64,000 bases of DNA from Desulfatiglandales bacterium (GTDB taxonomy: Bacteria > Desulfobacterota > DSM-4660 > Desulfatiglandales > HGW-15). Made by a program: the position numbers and the translations under genes. Under the pieces are notes generated by a model. The model saw only the letters and a program-made list of their open reading frames with translations. It had not been told where the DNA came from and ran no database searches. Below, in pieces: positions 1-8,381 of the stretch; position 1 is the first letter of the stretch, and every line of letters begins with the position of its first letter. The stretch spans positions 2,784,001 to 2,848,000 of the forward strand of contig CAXXJJ010000004.1 in NCBI GenBank assembly GCA_963667015.2, written 5' to 3'.

Positions 1-689
1 TCTCAAAATACAGGACGGGTGATAATCCTGCCAGATGGAAAGGAAACCTCTCTGAAGTTCTCCCAAAACCGAACAAAATCAAAACTGTTAAACACATGCC
101 AGCTCTTCCCTATAAGGAAATAAACACCTTTATGACTGCCCTAAGAAAAATGGAAGGCTTAGGAGCCAGAGCACTTGAACTTATCGTCTTGACGGCTTGT
201 AGGTCTTCTGAATGCAGATTTGCTACATGGGACGAAATAGACTTTCAGGAAAAAGCCTGGACAATTCCAGCCGAAAGGATGAAAGCGGAAAAAGAACACA
301 GAATACCACTGACAGCCGATGCAATAAAACTATTAAATGACCTTCCCAGATTTGAAGGAAGCAATTATTTGTTTACCGCTCCGAAAGGTGGGCCTATCAG
401 CGATATGACAATATCTGCCGTATGTCGGAGAATGCAGATTAATGTAGTGCCTCATGGTTTTCGCTCTACTTTCCGGGATTGGGCAGCAGAGACAACAAAC
501 TTTCCGCGGGAGGTATGCGAACAGGCACTCGCTCATACTTTAGATAGCAAGGTTGAAGCGGCATACAGGCGCGGTGATTTATTCAATAAGCGAGTAAAAT
601 TAATGGAATCATGGAATGATTACATCAATAAAAAACAAGATGAATCTGCAAAGGTTATTCAGATCAGGGAGGCCAAAGGCCATGTGTAA
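1..689 (+). CDS. int: Tyrosine integrase, P4/IntA-like (5' truncated by window)
   Basis: Catalytic motifs TACRSSE, HGFRSTFRDW, LAH, AAYRRGDL; frame appears to continue upstream of the ATG at 96. Confidence 0.93.
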   Translation, partial: SKYRTGDNPARWKGNLSEVLPKPNKIKTVKHMPALPYKEINTFMTALRKMEGLGARALELIVLTACRSSECRFATWDEIDFQEKAWTIPAERMKAEKEHRIPLTADAIKLLNDLPRFEGSNYLFTAPKGGPISDMTISAVCRRMQINVVPHGFRSTFRDWAAETTNFPREVCEQALAHTLDSKVEAAYRRGDLFNKRVKLMESWNDYINKKQDESAKVIQIREAKGHV

Positions 690-1275
690 AAACTCCGATA
701 ACTTTGAGTCAAATGGAATGTTGGCAGAGCATTTACCTAGAGAAGGTCAGGGGCGTGAAGAGATGAAACAGTTTTATTCCTGGGACTTTGATGCGGCATG
801 GGCGGCACAAGAAGAATGGGAAAAACTTCAAACACCTGGCCGGGGTCCTTTCGAGCGGTGGACAGGGGCACAAGAACTTAGAGAGTTATATGATATTTTC
901 TTGAAGGGAAAAAAGGGGGCCATTATTGAAGCTTTGTATATTTGTTCTCTTAATTCTCTACCACTCCCCTATTGGTGTGAGCTAGCCTTTCTTGATGCTT
1001 ATCGGGATGTGCGGCAATATCGTTCTAAAAGCTGGGATGATGTTTTTGGAGTTCCTCATGAAAAAGGTACACATTTAGATACAAAAAAAGAACAGCGTGA
1101 AAAACGTTTTCTTGTTTATAAAAGAATTGAAGAAATCAAAGAGCAAAATCCTGGAATACCTATAGATGGTCATCTTTTCGAGACGGTAGGGCGTGAATTG
1201 GGTATAGGTTCAAAAACTAAAATAGAAACCATGTATTATAAGGAAAAGAAATTCCGAGAAAAACATAAAAGATAA
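682..1275 (+). CDS. Hypothetical protein of the element
   Basis: ATG at 682 overlaps the integrase stop region; GGAGG upstream. Confidence 0.7.
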   Translation: MCKNSDNFESNGMLAEHLPREGQGREEMKQFYSWDFDAAWAAQEEWEKLQTPGRGPFERWTGAQELRELYDIFLKGKKGAIIEALYICSLNSLPLPYWCELAFLDAYRDVRQYRSKSWDDVFGVPHEKGTHLDTKKEQREKRFLVYKRIEEIKEQNPGIPIDGHLFETVGRELGIGSKTKIETMYYKEKKFREKHKR

Positions 1276-1389
1276 AAACCCATTCCCAAAATAATTTAAA
1301 AACTTTCGGGAATACCTTTTTGTTACATCCTGCCAAAATCCGTTCAGTTAATAACTGTTACGGATTTTTTTTTATCGGGAGGTATCGAA

Positions 1390-1578
1390 ATGAACAATTT
1401 ATTTTTAACAGATTTACAAACAGGGCAAAGATATGGCGTCGGCAGGGGCACTGTCTGGCGATGGTTTAACCAGGGTAATTTCCCTGCTCCTGTCAAACTC
1501 AGTCCTGGCTGCACCCGATGGCGATTGTCAGACCTTGAAGCATGGGAAAATCAAAAGGCAGAGGCAAAGGCAGCATAA
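1390..1578 (+). CDS. alpA: AlpA-family regulator / excisionase
   Basis: 62-aa HTH, TVWRW...FPAPVKLSPGCTRWRLSDLEAW; GGAGG RBS. Confidence 0.9.
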   Translation: MNNLFLTDLQTGQRYGVGRGTVWRWFNQGNFPAPVKLSPGCTRWRLSDLEAWENQKAEAKAA

Positions 1579-1686
1579 TGAAAAAAATATCGAAAATCTT
1601 GACCGGCGCGGGCCTGGGAACCCGTGAAAAAAATATCTTCTATTCCCTGGGAGGTATCCGGTCAGGGCTATTAACAGGGAAAAAAG

Positions 1687-2409
1687 ATGCAACTTGGAAA
1701 CTGGATACCAATAAGTAAAGGCTTTTTAAAGGATTTGCCAACTGATAGGCCATACACGGAGTTAGAGGCAATGTATTCATTACAATGTGATTATGACAAT
1801 GATAGGCCGGTGACTTTACAAGGTTATGCAAGCCTTTGGAGATGGTCGATTGGCAAGGTGAAACGATTTTTGGAACGTCTTGGAGCAAGCATTAAATATC
1901 CTGAAAGTACCCGGAAATTGAAGAATCAAAACGGAAATATAATGATACATAAACCGGAAATAAAACGGGAATATAATGGAAATAAAAGAATGATAGATTC
2001 CAAGTGGTTAGCAAATAAACCGAAAATAAACCGGAAATATAACGGAAATAAAACGGAAATAAAACGGGTTGCAACTGTAGATCCTAATCCTGAGACTGAC
2101 CCTAAATCCTATAATACTACTATCCAAAATGAAAAAATTATCTTTGGAGAGTTCAAAAACGTCCTCTTAAAAGAAGATGAATTTAATAAATTAACATCTT
2201 CTCTTGGCAAGGAAAAAACTGACGATCTTATTGAACGATTATCATCCTATATGACAAGCTCCGGCAAAACTTACAAAAGTCATTATGCAACAATTCTTAA
2301 CTGGTCAAGAAAAGATACTCTCCAAAACAAAAATAATAAATCTTCCAGACAGTCAGAACAAAAGTTTGATGCTGAATATTACGCACAAGGAGCCACAAAC
2401 AATGACTGA
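1687..2409 (+). CDS. Phage-type replication initiator with internal iterons
   Basis: HTH-like N-terminus, low-complexity repeat-encoded middle, C-terminal GKTYKSHYATILNW motif; directly upstream of DnaC-like ATPase. Confidence 0.75.
   Translation: MQLGNWIPISKGFLKDLPTDRPYTELEAMYSLQCDYDNDRPVTLQGYASLWRWSIGKVKRFLERLGASIKYPESTRKLKNQNGNIMIHKPEIKREYNGNKRMIDSKWLANKPKINRKYNGNKTEIKRVATVDPNPETDPKSYNTTIQNEKIIFGEFKNVLLKEDEFNKLTSSLGKEKTDDLIERLSSYMTSSGKTYKSHYATILNWSRKDTLQNKNNKSSRQSEQKFDAEYYAQGATNND
1929..2068 (+). repeat. ~11-bp direct repeats (consensus AAACGGAAATA), putative replication origin iterons
   Basis: Multiple imperfect tandem copies in two clusters inside the rep ORF. Confidence 0.75.
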
Positions 2410-3220
2410 TTTAAAAATTATATCCTCAAGTGATGATCAGCAAATAGGCCATTGTGAAAAACATGGTGCATATCCTTTAAAAAAGTTCGTTAATAAATTT
2501 AATGACGATGTTAAATGGATGGGTTCCTGTCAGAAATGCGAAGAAGAAAAAAGAGTCGAAGAGATTGAAAACCGAACCGCTTACAGAATTAAAGGTTTTC
2601 TTTCATGCAGTGGCATTCCTGAAAGATTTAAAGATTATTCCTTTGATGATTTTAAAACTGGTAGTCATGCTGGCAAAAAAAACGTTCTACAATCGATTAA
2701 GGACTATGCGCAAGACTTTACCCTAAATAGAGAGAAAGGCCGCTGTATGACCTGGTGTGGCGCTCCTGGCACAGGGAAAACAATGCTTTCATGCTGCATG
2801 GCCAAGGCAATTATTCATAAAACATATTCTGCATATGAACATGATGAGCACTATGGTGAAGATCAACTTGTGACACATGATTACATGGCTCATATAACAA
2901 CAGAGTATGTTTTGATTAGAAAAATTAAAAATTCCTGGGGATCGGGGGCCGGATTGACTGAAGAAAGTATTATCAGCAATCTTTGTGAACCGGATTTACT
3001 GGCGATTGATGAGGTCGGCGTTTCCTTTGGCAGTGAAGCAGAGAAAATACTTTTGTATCAGGTCATTAATTCGAGATATGAGCGAACCCTGCCAACAATT
3101 CTGATATCAAACTTGAATCATACAGACCTTGAAAAGCATTGTGGTTCAAGGATCATGGACCGTATGCGGGAAAATCAGGGAATTCAATTAACCTTTAATT
3201 GGGAAAGTTACAGGCGATAA
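2402..3220 (+). CDS. DnaC/IstB-like ATPase (helicase loader)
   Basis: Zn motif CEKH...CQKC, Walker A GAPGTGKT, Walker B LLAIDEVG, PTILISNL, RIMDRM. Confidence 0.9.
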   Translation: MTDLKIISSSDDQQIGHCEKHGAYPLKKFVNKFNDDVKWMGSCQKCEEEKRVEEIENRTAYRIKGFLSCSGIPERFKDYSFDDFKTGSHAGKKNVLQSIKDYAQDFTLNREKGRCMTWCGAPGTGKTMLSCCMAKAIIHKTYSAYEHDEHYGEDQLVTHDYMAHITTEYVLIRKIKNSWGSGAGLTEESIISNLCEPDLLAIDEVGVSFGSEAEKILLYQVINSRYERTLPTILISNLNHTDLEKHCGSRIMDRMRENQGIQLTFNWESYRR

Positions 3221-3221
3221 A

Positions 3222-3413
3222 ATGGATAACGATTTTAATAAAAGAATTTTAGCGGAATGTTCGGACGTGCTTGTATCACTCAATACAAAGATGGGTTTGT
3301 TCATTCAATCAGGCGACTGTCAGGGCTTTCAGGTATTAACGCGAGCAGTTAATCAGATTGTCGATGCAAGACAATTAGAAATGACACGGAGGTTGAACGC
3401 AGATGCAGAATAA
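3222..3413 (+). CDS. Small hypothetical protein
   Basis: 63-aa ORF starting right after the ATPase stop. Confidence 0.6.
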   Translation: MDNDFNKRILAECSDVLVSLNTKMGLFIQSGDCQGFQVLTRAVNQIVDARQLEMTRRLNADAE

Positions 3414-3570
3414 CAACGATCTACTGTTAAAACATTGTACTGAAACAATCGTCAATCTGAATGCAGGATTAAGGGAGTTGGTGCAAAGAAAAGACTGGTC
3501 AACTATTCAGGACATGCGGACAGTTGCAAATGGAATCTTTCAAAAGGCTGAACAGATACGGGATAAATAA
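3403..3570 (+). CDS. Small hypothetical protein, paralog of the preceding ORF (55 aa, below ORF-track cutoff)
   Basis: MQNNNDLLLKHCTETIVNLN...; aligns by eye with ORF 3222-3413. Confidence 0.55.
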   Translation: MQNNNDLLLKHCTETIVNLNAGLRELVQRKDWSTIQDMRTVANGIFQKAEQIRDK

Positions 3571-4122
3571 AGGTAAATTATATAATGTTAACAATAAGAT
3601 ACGCCCTGGGTCAAAAGTTAAAATCGAAAAGGTTTATGTAAACCACATGGTTTCTCATTCGGAAATAAAATTCCGTGTATGATTTGTTGCATAGAAAATC
3701 AAAGAATCAAAAAAATGATACCCCTGCCTCTGATTCTTGGGGACATTCATAAATATAACCGCACGGTCTCATTTATTTTAGAGGCCGACATTTTAACAAG
3801 TGGGGTTAATATTATTTCTATATGTAGATCAAGCATATTGTGGATTTTTTAAGGATTTAATTTAATTGAAATACCGGGAGAAAAAACGCGGGCCTGTAAT
3901 AGCGGGATGCCTTACAGGAAGTCAGATTGAAAAAGGTTTTTAGGAGTTGTGTTGCGGGATGTGACGCATACCGGGACAATGTGAGGTTGTCAAAAAGGCT
4001 TTTAAGATCGGGGCAAAAAGATTCAATTCAGGCGGGATGTTTGAAACGAATTGCGATAGGCAAAAACTGGATTATAAATCGGGTTAACCGATAATAAACA
4101 TATTAAAAAAGGAATAATAAAA

Positions 4123-5298
4123 ATGATAAATTTTGATGGTATAAATTTTGATAATCTGGATGCAATAGGATTTCTGGCAATTTGCAATGAAATTGAAAAA
4201 ATGAATATTCCAGACAAAAATAATGCGTCGTATCAACGGATGATGGCGCGTCTTGACAAGAGAGAAGCAGAGCTGGCAAGGGGCAGCTTTCGGGGCGGTG
4301 GCTCTGATGGGTTGACAACAGCAGCAGCAAAGGCACATTCGGACGCTTTTATGAACTGGATGCGTAAGGGCAGTAATGAAAATGAATTAAGGAGCTTGGA
4401 AATCAATGCAGGGCTGAGCACTGTCAGTGATCCTGATGGCGGATTCCTCACTCCGGCTTCAATCGATCAGAGCATTGAACGGTTAGCGGTTGATAGTGTT
4501 GCAATGAGAAGGCTTGCAACTGTAAAAACCTCAAAGGGTGAGTACAGCAAACCGATAAGCAAAGGTGGAGCTTCCGGCGGTTGGGTTTCTGAGATGGATG
4601 ATCGAGATGAAACTGACAGTCCAGAGCTGAATCTATTTGCGCCCAAATTTGCAGAAATATATGCAAACCCAAAATGTACACAAAAACTGCTTGATTTATC
4701 CGACTTTGATATTGAGGCATGGCTGACAGAAGAAATTTCAGACACCTTTATCGAGACTGAGGGAACCGGATTTATAGCAGGTGACGGCGTCGGAAAAGTT
4801 CATGGTATTATCGATGAAAGTAAGATGATTGAAAATTCAAGCTGGGAGTATGGAAAGACTGGCTATGTAGTAAGCGGAAATGCCTCATTGATTGATGATC
4901 CTGAAGTCTTAGTGGATCTTCAGCATGCCCTGAAGCCTGTGTATAGACAGAATGGTGTCTGGCTAATGAACGATAATACCGCAGCCAAACTCAGGAAGAT
5001 TAAGGACGGAGACGGTAATTTTATATGGCGGGGTGGTCTGCTTGAGGGTGCGCCTGATATCCTACTAGGAAAACCGGTTGAGATTGATGACAATATGCCG
5101 AACATCGGCGCGGATGCTTACCCTGTTGCCTTTGGCGATTGGAAGCGTGCTTACACTATCCTTGACCATATAAGCGGTATAAGGCTTTTAAGAGATCCTT
5201 ACTCCAAAAAAGGTTGGGTTTACTTCTACACAACTAAACGTGTGGCGGCTGGAATTTCTAACTATCAAGCACTGAAGTTCCTGAAAATTAGTGAATAA
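4123..5298 (+). CDS. Phage major capsid protein, HK97 family
   Basis: DGGFLTP, SQ/TQKLLD, F..GDGVGK, LKDGDGNFIW, LLGKPV, AFGDW, RLLRDPYS motifs. Confidence 0.93.
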   Translation: MINFDGINFDNLDAIGFLAICNEIEKMNIPDKNNASYQRMMARLDKREAELARGSFRGGGSDGLTTAAAKAHSDAFMNWMRKGSNENELRSLEINAGLSTVSDPDGGFLTPASIDQSIERLAVDSVAMRRLATVKTSKGEYSKPISKGGASGGWVSEMDDRDETDSPELNLFAPKFAEIYANPKCTQKLLDLSDFDIEAWLTEEISDTFIETEGTGFIAGDGVGKVHGIIDESKMIENSSWEYGKTGYVVSGNASLIDDPEVLVDLQHALKPVYRQNGVWLMNDNTAAKLRKIKDGDGNFIWRGGLLEGAPDILLGKPVEIDDNMPNIGADAYPVAFGDWKRAYTILDHISGIRLLRDPYSKKGWVYFYTTKRVAAGISNYQALKFLKISE

Positions 5299-5631
5299 TA
5301 TTTATAGGCATGGCGCGGCCTTGGGTTTCTTCACTCAATAAGTTAATCCCTAAATGCGCCCGGATAAGTACAGAGTGCCGCAAAACCTTTACAGCCAAGG
5401 GGTAATCCAATTTTCTATTACCTGACTTGGCCTGATTGCTTGATGCTGTACCCTTCGGGGCCTCTCAACAGCGTGGTCAGTAGATAATGACCTGGGGGCA
5501 GTTATTCTGCCCTCTTGGTTATTCTAATAACTTAGTTTTAATTATCAAACCAAAATATCAACGTACAGCGTTTATTTTTTCAGGCATGGTGTTATGACAG
5601 TGACATTTCAACGATTGATAGGCGATTAATC

Positions 5632-5853
5632 TTGTTTCATGTGAGCGTAAAAGGGGAGCTATCCCCTGAACTGGAATTATGGCTGGCTGTTACTGTTCTT
5701 GCAATCCGAGATTTAAAAAATAATGAGCACACCTACACTGCTTTTCAATGGCTATCAGATCCGGGTAACATTGTTTTTGAAATGTTGTCAGAAAGCCTTG
5801 GTTATGAATCTTCAGCTTTACGGAAAATGATTTTTGATAATTTGCAGAACTAA
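5632..5853 (+). CDS. Small phage-type hypothetical protein
   Basis: 73-aa ORF, LWLAVTVLAIRDL...AFQWL; start uncertain. Confidence 0.5.
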   Translation: MFHVSVKGELSPELELWLAVTVLAIRDLKNNEHTYTAFQWLSDPGNIVFEMLSESLGYESSALRKMIFDNLQN

Positions 5854-5895
5854 CACAATGTTTTTTTGATTTAAAGCATTTAACCCTTTCACAGC

Positions 5896-6348
5896 TTAAT
5901 CATAACTGTTGCTTTCATTACAGTCGTATTTCATATAAATCAATTCCCCGTCTGTTTCTTCTGTTTTATGAAATCCTGTAGATTCATAAAAGTTAATAGC
6001 CCTCTGATTATGTCTATATACTTTAAGTATAAATGAAGATGAATTGCTTTTTTTCGCCCATGCCAGATAAGTATTTAATAGCTTTACTCCATTTCCTTTT
6101 TCTCTATAATTGGGAGCAACCCATAAACGGCTAAGTTCGCCCTTTGTTCCCATTAATAAGCCACGGGCCTCTTTTTTGTCATCAATCAAAATACAAGCAA
6201 ATCCTTCTCTTTTATAAAACCGGGTTGATAAATCTTCATTCCATGTGTCTCCTGAATCCGGGAAGGCTCCGGGACTGTCTTTAAAAGATTCAAAAATCAG
6301 CTTTTTTTGGATTTGCCAGTCAGCGGGTCCTAAGTTACGAACTTCCAT
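5896..6348 (-). CDS. GNAT-family N-acetyltransferase
   Basis: LWVAPNYREKGNG, NQRAINFYESTGF motifs; GAGGAG RBS. Confidence 0.85.
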   Translation of the reverse strand: MEVRNLGPADWQIQKKLIFESFKDSPGAFPDSGDTWNEDLSTRFYKREGFACILIDDKKEARGLLMGTKGELSRLWVAPNYREKGNGVKLLNTYLAWAKKSNSSSFILKVYRHNQRAINFYESTGFHKTEETDGELIYMKYDCNESNSYD

Positions 6349-6402
6349 TCTCTTAACTCCTCACCTAAAAAATCAAAATGGACATCTTTATACTCTTATA
6401 TT

Positions 6403-7155
6403 TTATATTTTCGCTATATCCCTTAGAACTTCTTTCAACATAATTTTTATTTCTTCAGCTTCATATTTATCAAGATAATCGTCATTAAGAAATTGTTTCG
6501 TTTTAAAATATATATTTTGATATTCCTTTGAAAATTCAATATGATCTTCAAACCAATAAAGTAGGCTATACGCTTCTTTATAATTAACTTCGTCATCGGC
6601 CAGGATACCCATAATCATACCCTTGAATTCAGCACTTTCACCACTCATGGCCTGCAAATTTTTTTCATCTCTATGTTCACATAGTTTTATAAAAATACTT
6701 GCACAAGCTATTGCATCCTCTCTGGCATCATGATGTCGAAATGTAGGGAGACCAAAATATTTGACTAATGTTTTTAATTTGCAGTTTTTTATATCAGGCA
6801 ACTTCTCTTTTGCTATTGAGCTTGAGTCGATATATTCAAAGTTCAAACTCAAATTAAAATGATCTGAGAGCGCATTTAAAACCTGTTTGTCAAATAAGCT
6901 ATGCGCTACTAAAGGATAAGAAAAGATATCTTGGATTTCCGGATATAGTTCAACAAATTCAGGCTTATCGAATGTATCTTCTTCTTTAATGCCGTGTATT
7001 TTAGATTGAAATGGTGCATGTCCGCCAATTGGTTTTATAAGGTAACCGTTTGTCTCAACAATTTCATAGTTGAAAACTTTTGCATAACCAAGAGCGCAAG
7101 CGCTGACTCTTTGTGGATTTGCCGTTTCAAAATCAATAGCAATGAATTCTTGCAT
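6403..7155 (-). CDS. DEDDh 3'-5' exonuclease (DnaQ-like) with extra helical C-terminal domain
   Basis: IAIDFETAN, VAHS.FD, HHDAREDA; start reset to MQEF after AGGGGAG RBS. Confidence 0.85.
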   Translation of the reverse strand: MQEFIAIDFETANPQRVSACALGYAKVFNYEIVETNGYLIKPIGGHAPFQSKIHGIKEEDTFDKPEFVELYPEIQDIFSYPLVAHSLFDKQVLNALSDHFNLSLNFEYIDSSSIAKEKLPDIKNCKLKTLVKYFGLPTFRHHDAREDAIACASIFIKLCEHRDEKNLQAMSGESAEFKGMIMGILADDEVNYKEAYSLLYWFEDHIEFSKEYQNIYFKTKQFLNDDYLDKYEAEEIKIMLKEVLRDIAKI

Positions 7156-7243
7156 GATTATTCTCCCCTTTCTAAATAGTAAATACGCTATCAATAGGGT
7201 ATCAGCCAAAAAATACAGGCTGGTGAATGCTGGTTTATCTATC

Positions 7244-7295
7244 TGCTTACATTGCTTACACAATATTTTTTTACACTGCTTACATAGTGCTTATA
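7244..7295. repeat. TGCTTACA direct repeats, putative integrase arm-type sites
   Basis: Copies at 7244, 7253, 7277 and variant TGCTTATA at 7288, next to the element end. Confidence 0.55.
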
Positions 7296-7312
7296 CTGGC
7301 TTTTTACAAAAT

Positions 7313-7346
7313 AAAAAAGGGTTAAAGCAAAAACGCTGAAACCCTT
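7313..7346 (-). terminator. Rho-independent terminator following the structured RNA candidate
   Basis: Minus strand AAGGGTT...AACCCTT followed by a T-run. Confidence 0.65.
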
Positions 7347-7356
7347 GTTATTGTTG

Positions 7357-7565
7357 TGGAGCCCCAGTATAACCCATGCCCTGCCTTGCCCTGCCTCGCA
7401 GGATGGCGATGTCCATTGCCTGGCGGCGAGTAAGGCAATCCTGTACAATCCAATTAAATTGAATTGCTCCCCTAAAGGGTAGGATGTCAAACTCCAGGTT
7501 GACTTGATAGAAGATAAAGCCTCTCATCGGCATACCTAAAGTCTTTTATTTTGTTATACTGGGGC
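7357..7565 (-). ncRNA. Unidentified structured RNA candidate (~210 nt)
   Basis: Perfect 13-bp terminal stem 7361-7373/7553-7565, several internal hairpins, 3' UCCA, downstream terminator. Confidence 0.5.
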
Positions 7566-7689
7566 ACAAAAATAATTTTTTGACGCTGGAATTTCTACTT
7601 ACTTTTTATTTTGATTATTTATGGGTTGATGCATTAATTGGTACAACCCCGCTTATACCACTTATAACATATTGATTTTACTACATACC

Positions 7690-7785
7690 TGGCGGAGAGG
7701 GTGGGATTCGAACCCACGTGCCCTGCTATTAACAAGACAAGTCGATTTCGAGTCGACCCCGTTACGGCCTCTTCGGTACCTCTCC
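7690..7785 (-). tRNA. tRNA-Ser (CGA)
   Basis: GGAGAGG acceptor, anticodon arm GTCGA-CTCGAAA-TCGAC, long variable arm, GGTTCGAATCC, CCA. Confidence 0.97.
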
Positions 7786-7788
7786 GCG

Positions 7789-8262
7789 TTAGGTGTGTTT
7801 CCAATTCCTTCTCGAACGGAAGAAATCCTTGAGCAGATCACCGCACTCCTTTTCCCTGATACCGGAGACAATTTCTATCCGGTGATTCAACCGGGTATCA
7901 TTTGCCGGATTATACAAAGACCCGGCAGCGCCTCCCTTGGGATCAAAGGCTCCAAAAACAAGCGTCGAAACCCTGCTGTGAATGGCAGCCCCTATACACA
8001 TGATGCAGGGCTCAATTGTAACTATAAGAGTTACCTCGCTGAGGCGATAATTTTTTAAGGCCTCTCCTGCCTTTCTGAGCGCAAGGATTTCTGCATGGGC
8101 AGTCGGGTCATTAAGACGAATAGGTTGATTATGTGCACGGGCTATAATGTCACCTTCCGGGCCGGTAACAAGCGCCCCGACAGGGACCTCACCCTCATCA
8201 AAACCCATTTCTGCCTCAATAAGAGCCTGCTCCATAAGCAGTTCGTAATCGCTGTGATCCAT
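7789..8262 (-). CDS. tadA: tRNA adenosine(34) deaminase
   Basis: EVPVGA, DPTAHAE, EPCIMC, LNHR. Confidence 0.95.
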   Translation of the reverse strand: MDHSDYELLMEQALIEAEMGFDEGEVPVGALVTGPEGDIIARAHNQPIRLNDPTAHAEILALRKAGEALKNYRLSEVTLIVTIEPCIMCIGAAIHSRVSTLVFGAFDPKGGAAGSLYNPANDTRLNHRIEIVSGIREKECGDLLKDFFRSRRNWKHT

Positions 8263-8381
8263 CGGGCAACCATTACCATTTCATACAGACTCAGTCAAGA
8301 ATTAGCTTGCCTGCCTTAAAGGATATCTTCTCAGGTAAAATAATGCTGGAATATAAAAGGATTATATAATAATTTCCCTAT

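Larger units (their letters stand above)
1..7357. mobile_element. Integrated phage satellite / PICI-like element (left end outside window)
   Basis: int-orf-alpA-rep-dnaC-small ORFs-capsid on +, cargo on -; arm-like repeats and terminator/att-like sequence at 7244-7360; no portal, terminase or tail genes visible. Confidence 0.8.

Noticed and set aside
3586..3850. Degenerate HNH/zinc-finger gene (CKPH...CMIC frame)
   Set aside because: No credible start for that frame and no HNH motif; cannot support a call.
7357..7565. SRP RNA (ffs), suggested by position after tadA-tRNA-Ser
   Set aside because: No helix-8 signature (CAGG...GNRA...AGCAG) found on either strand.
7357..7565. tmRNA, retron msr-msd or hammerhead ribozyme
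   Set aside because: No T-arm or tag frame, and too short for tmRNA; no reverse transcriptase in the window; CCGAUGAG is not followed by the GAAA core.
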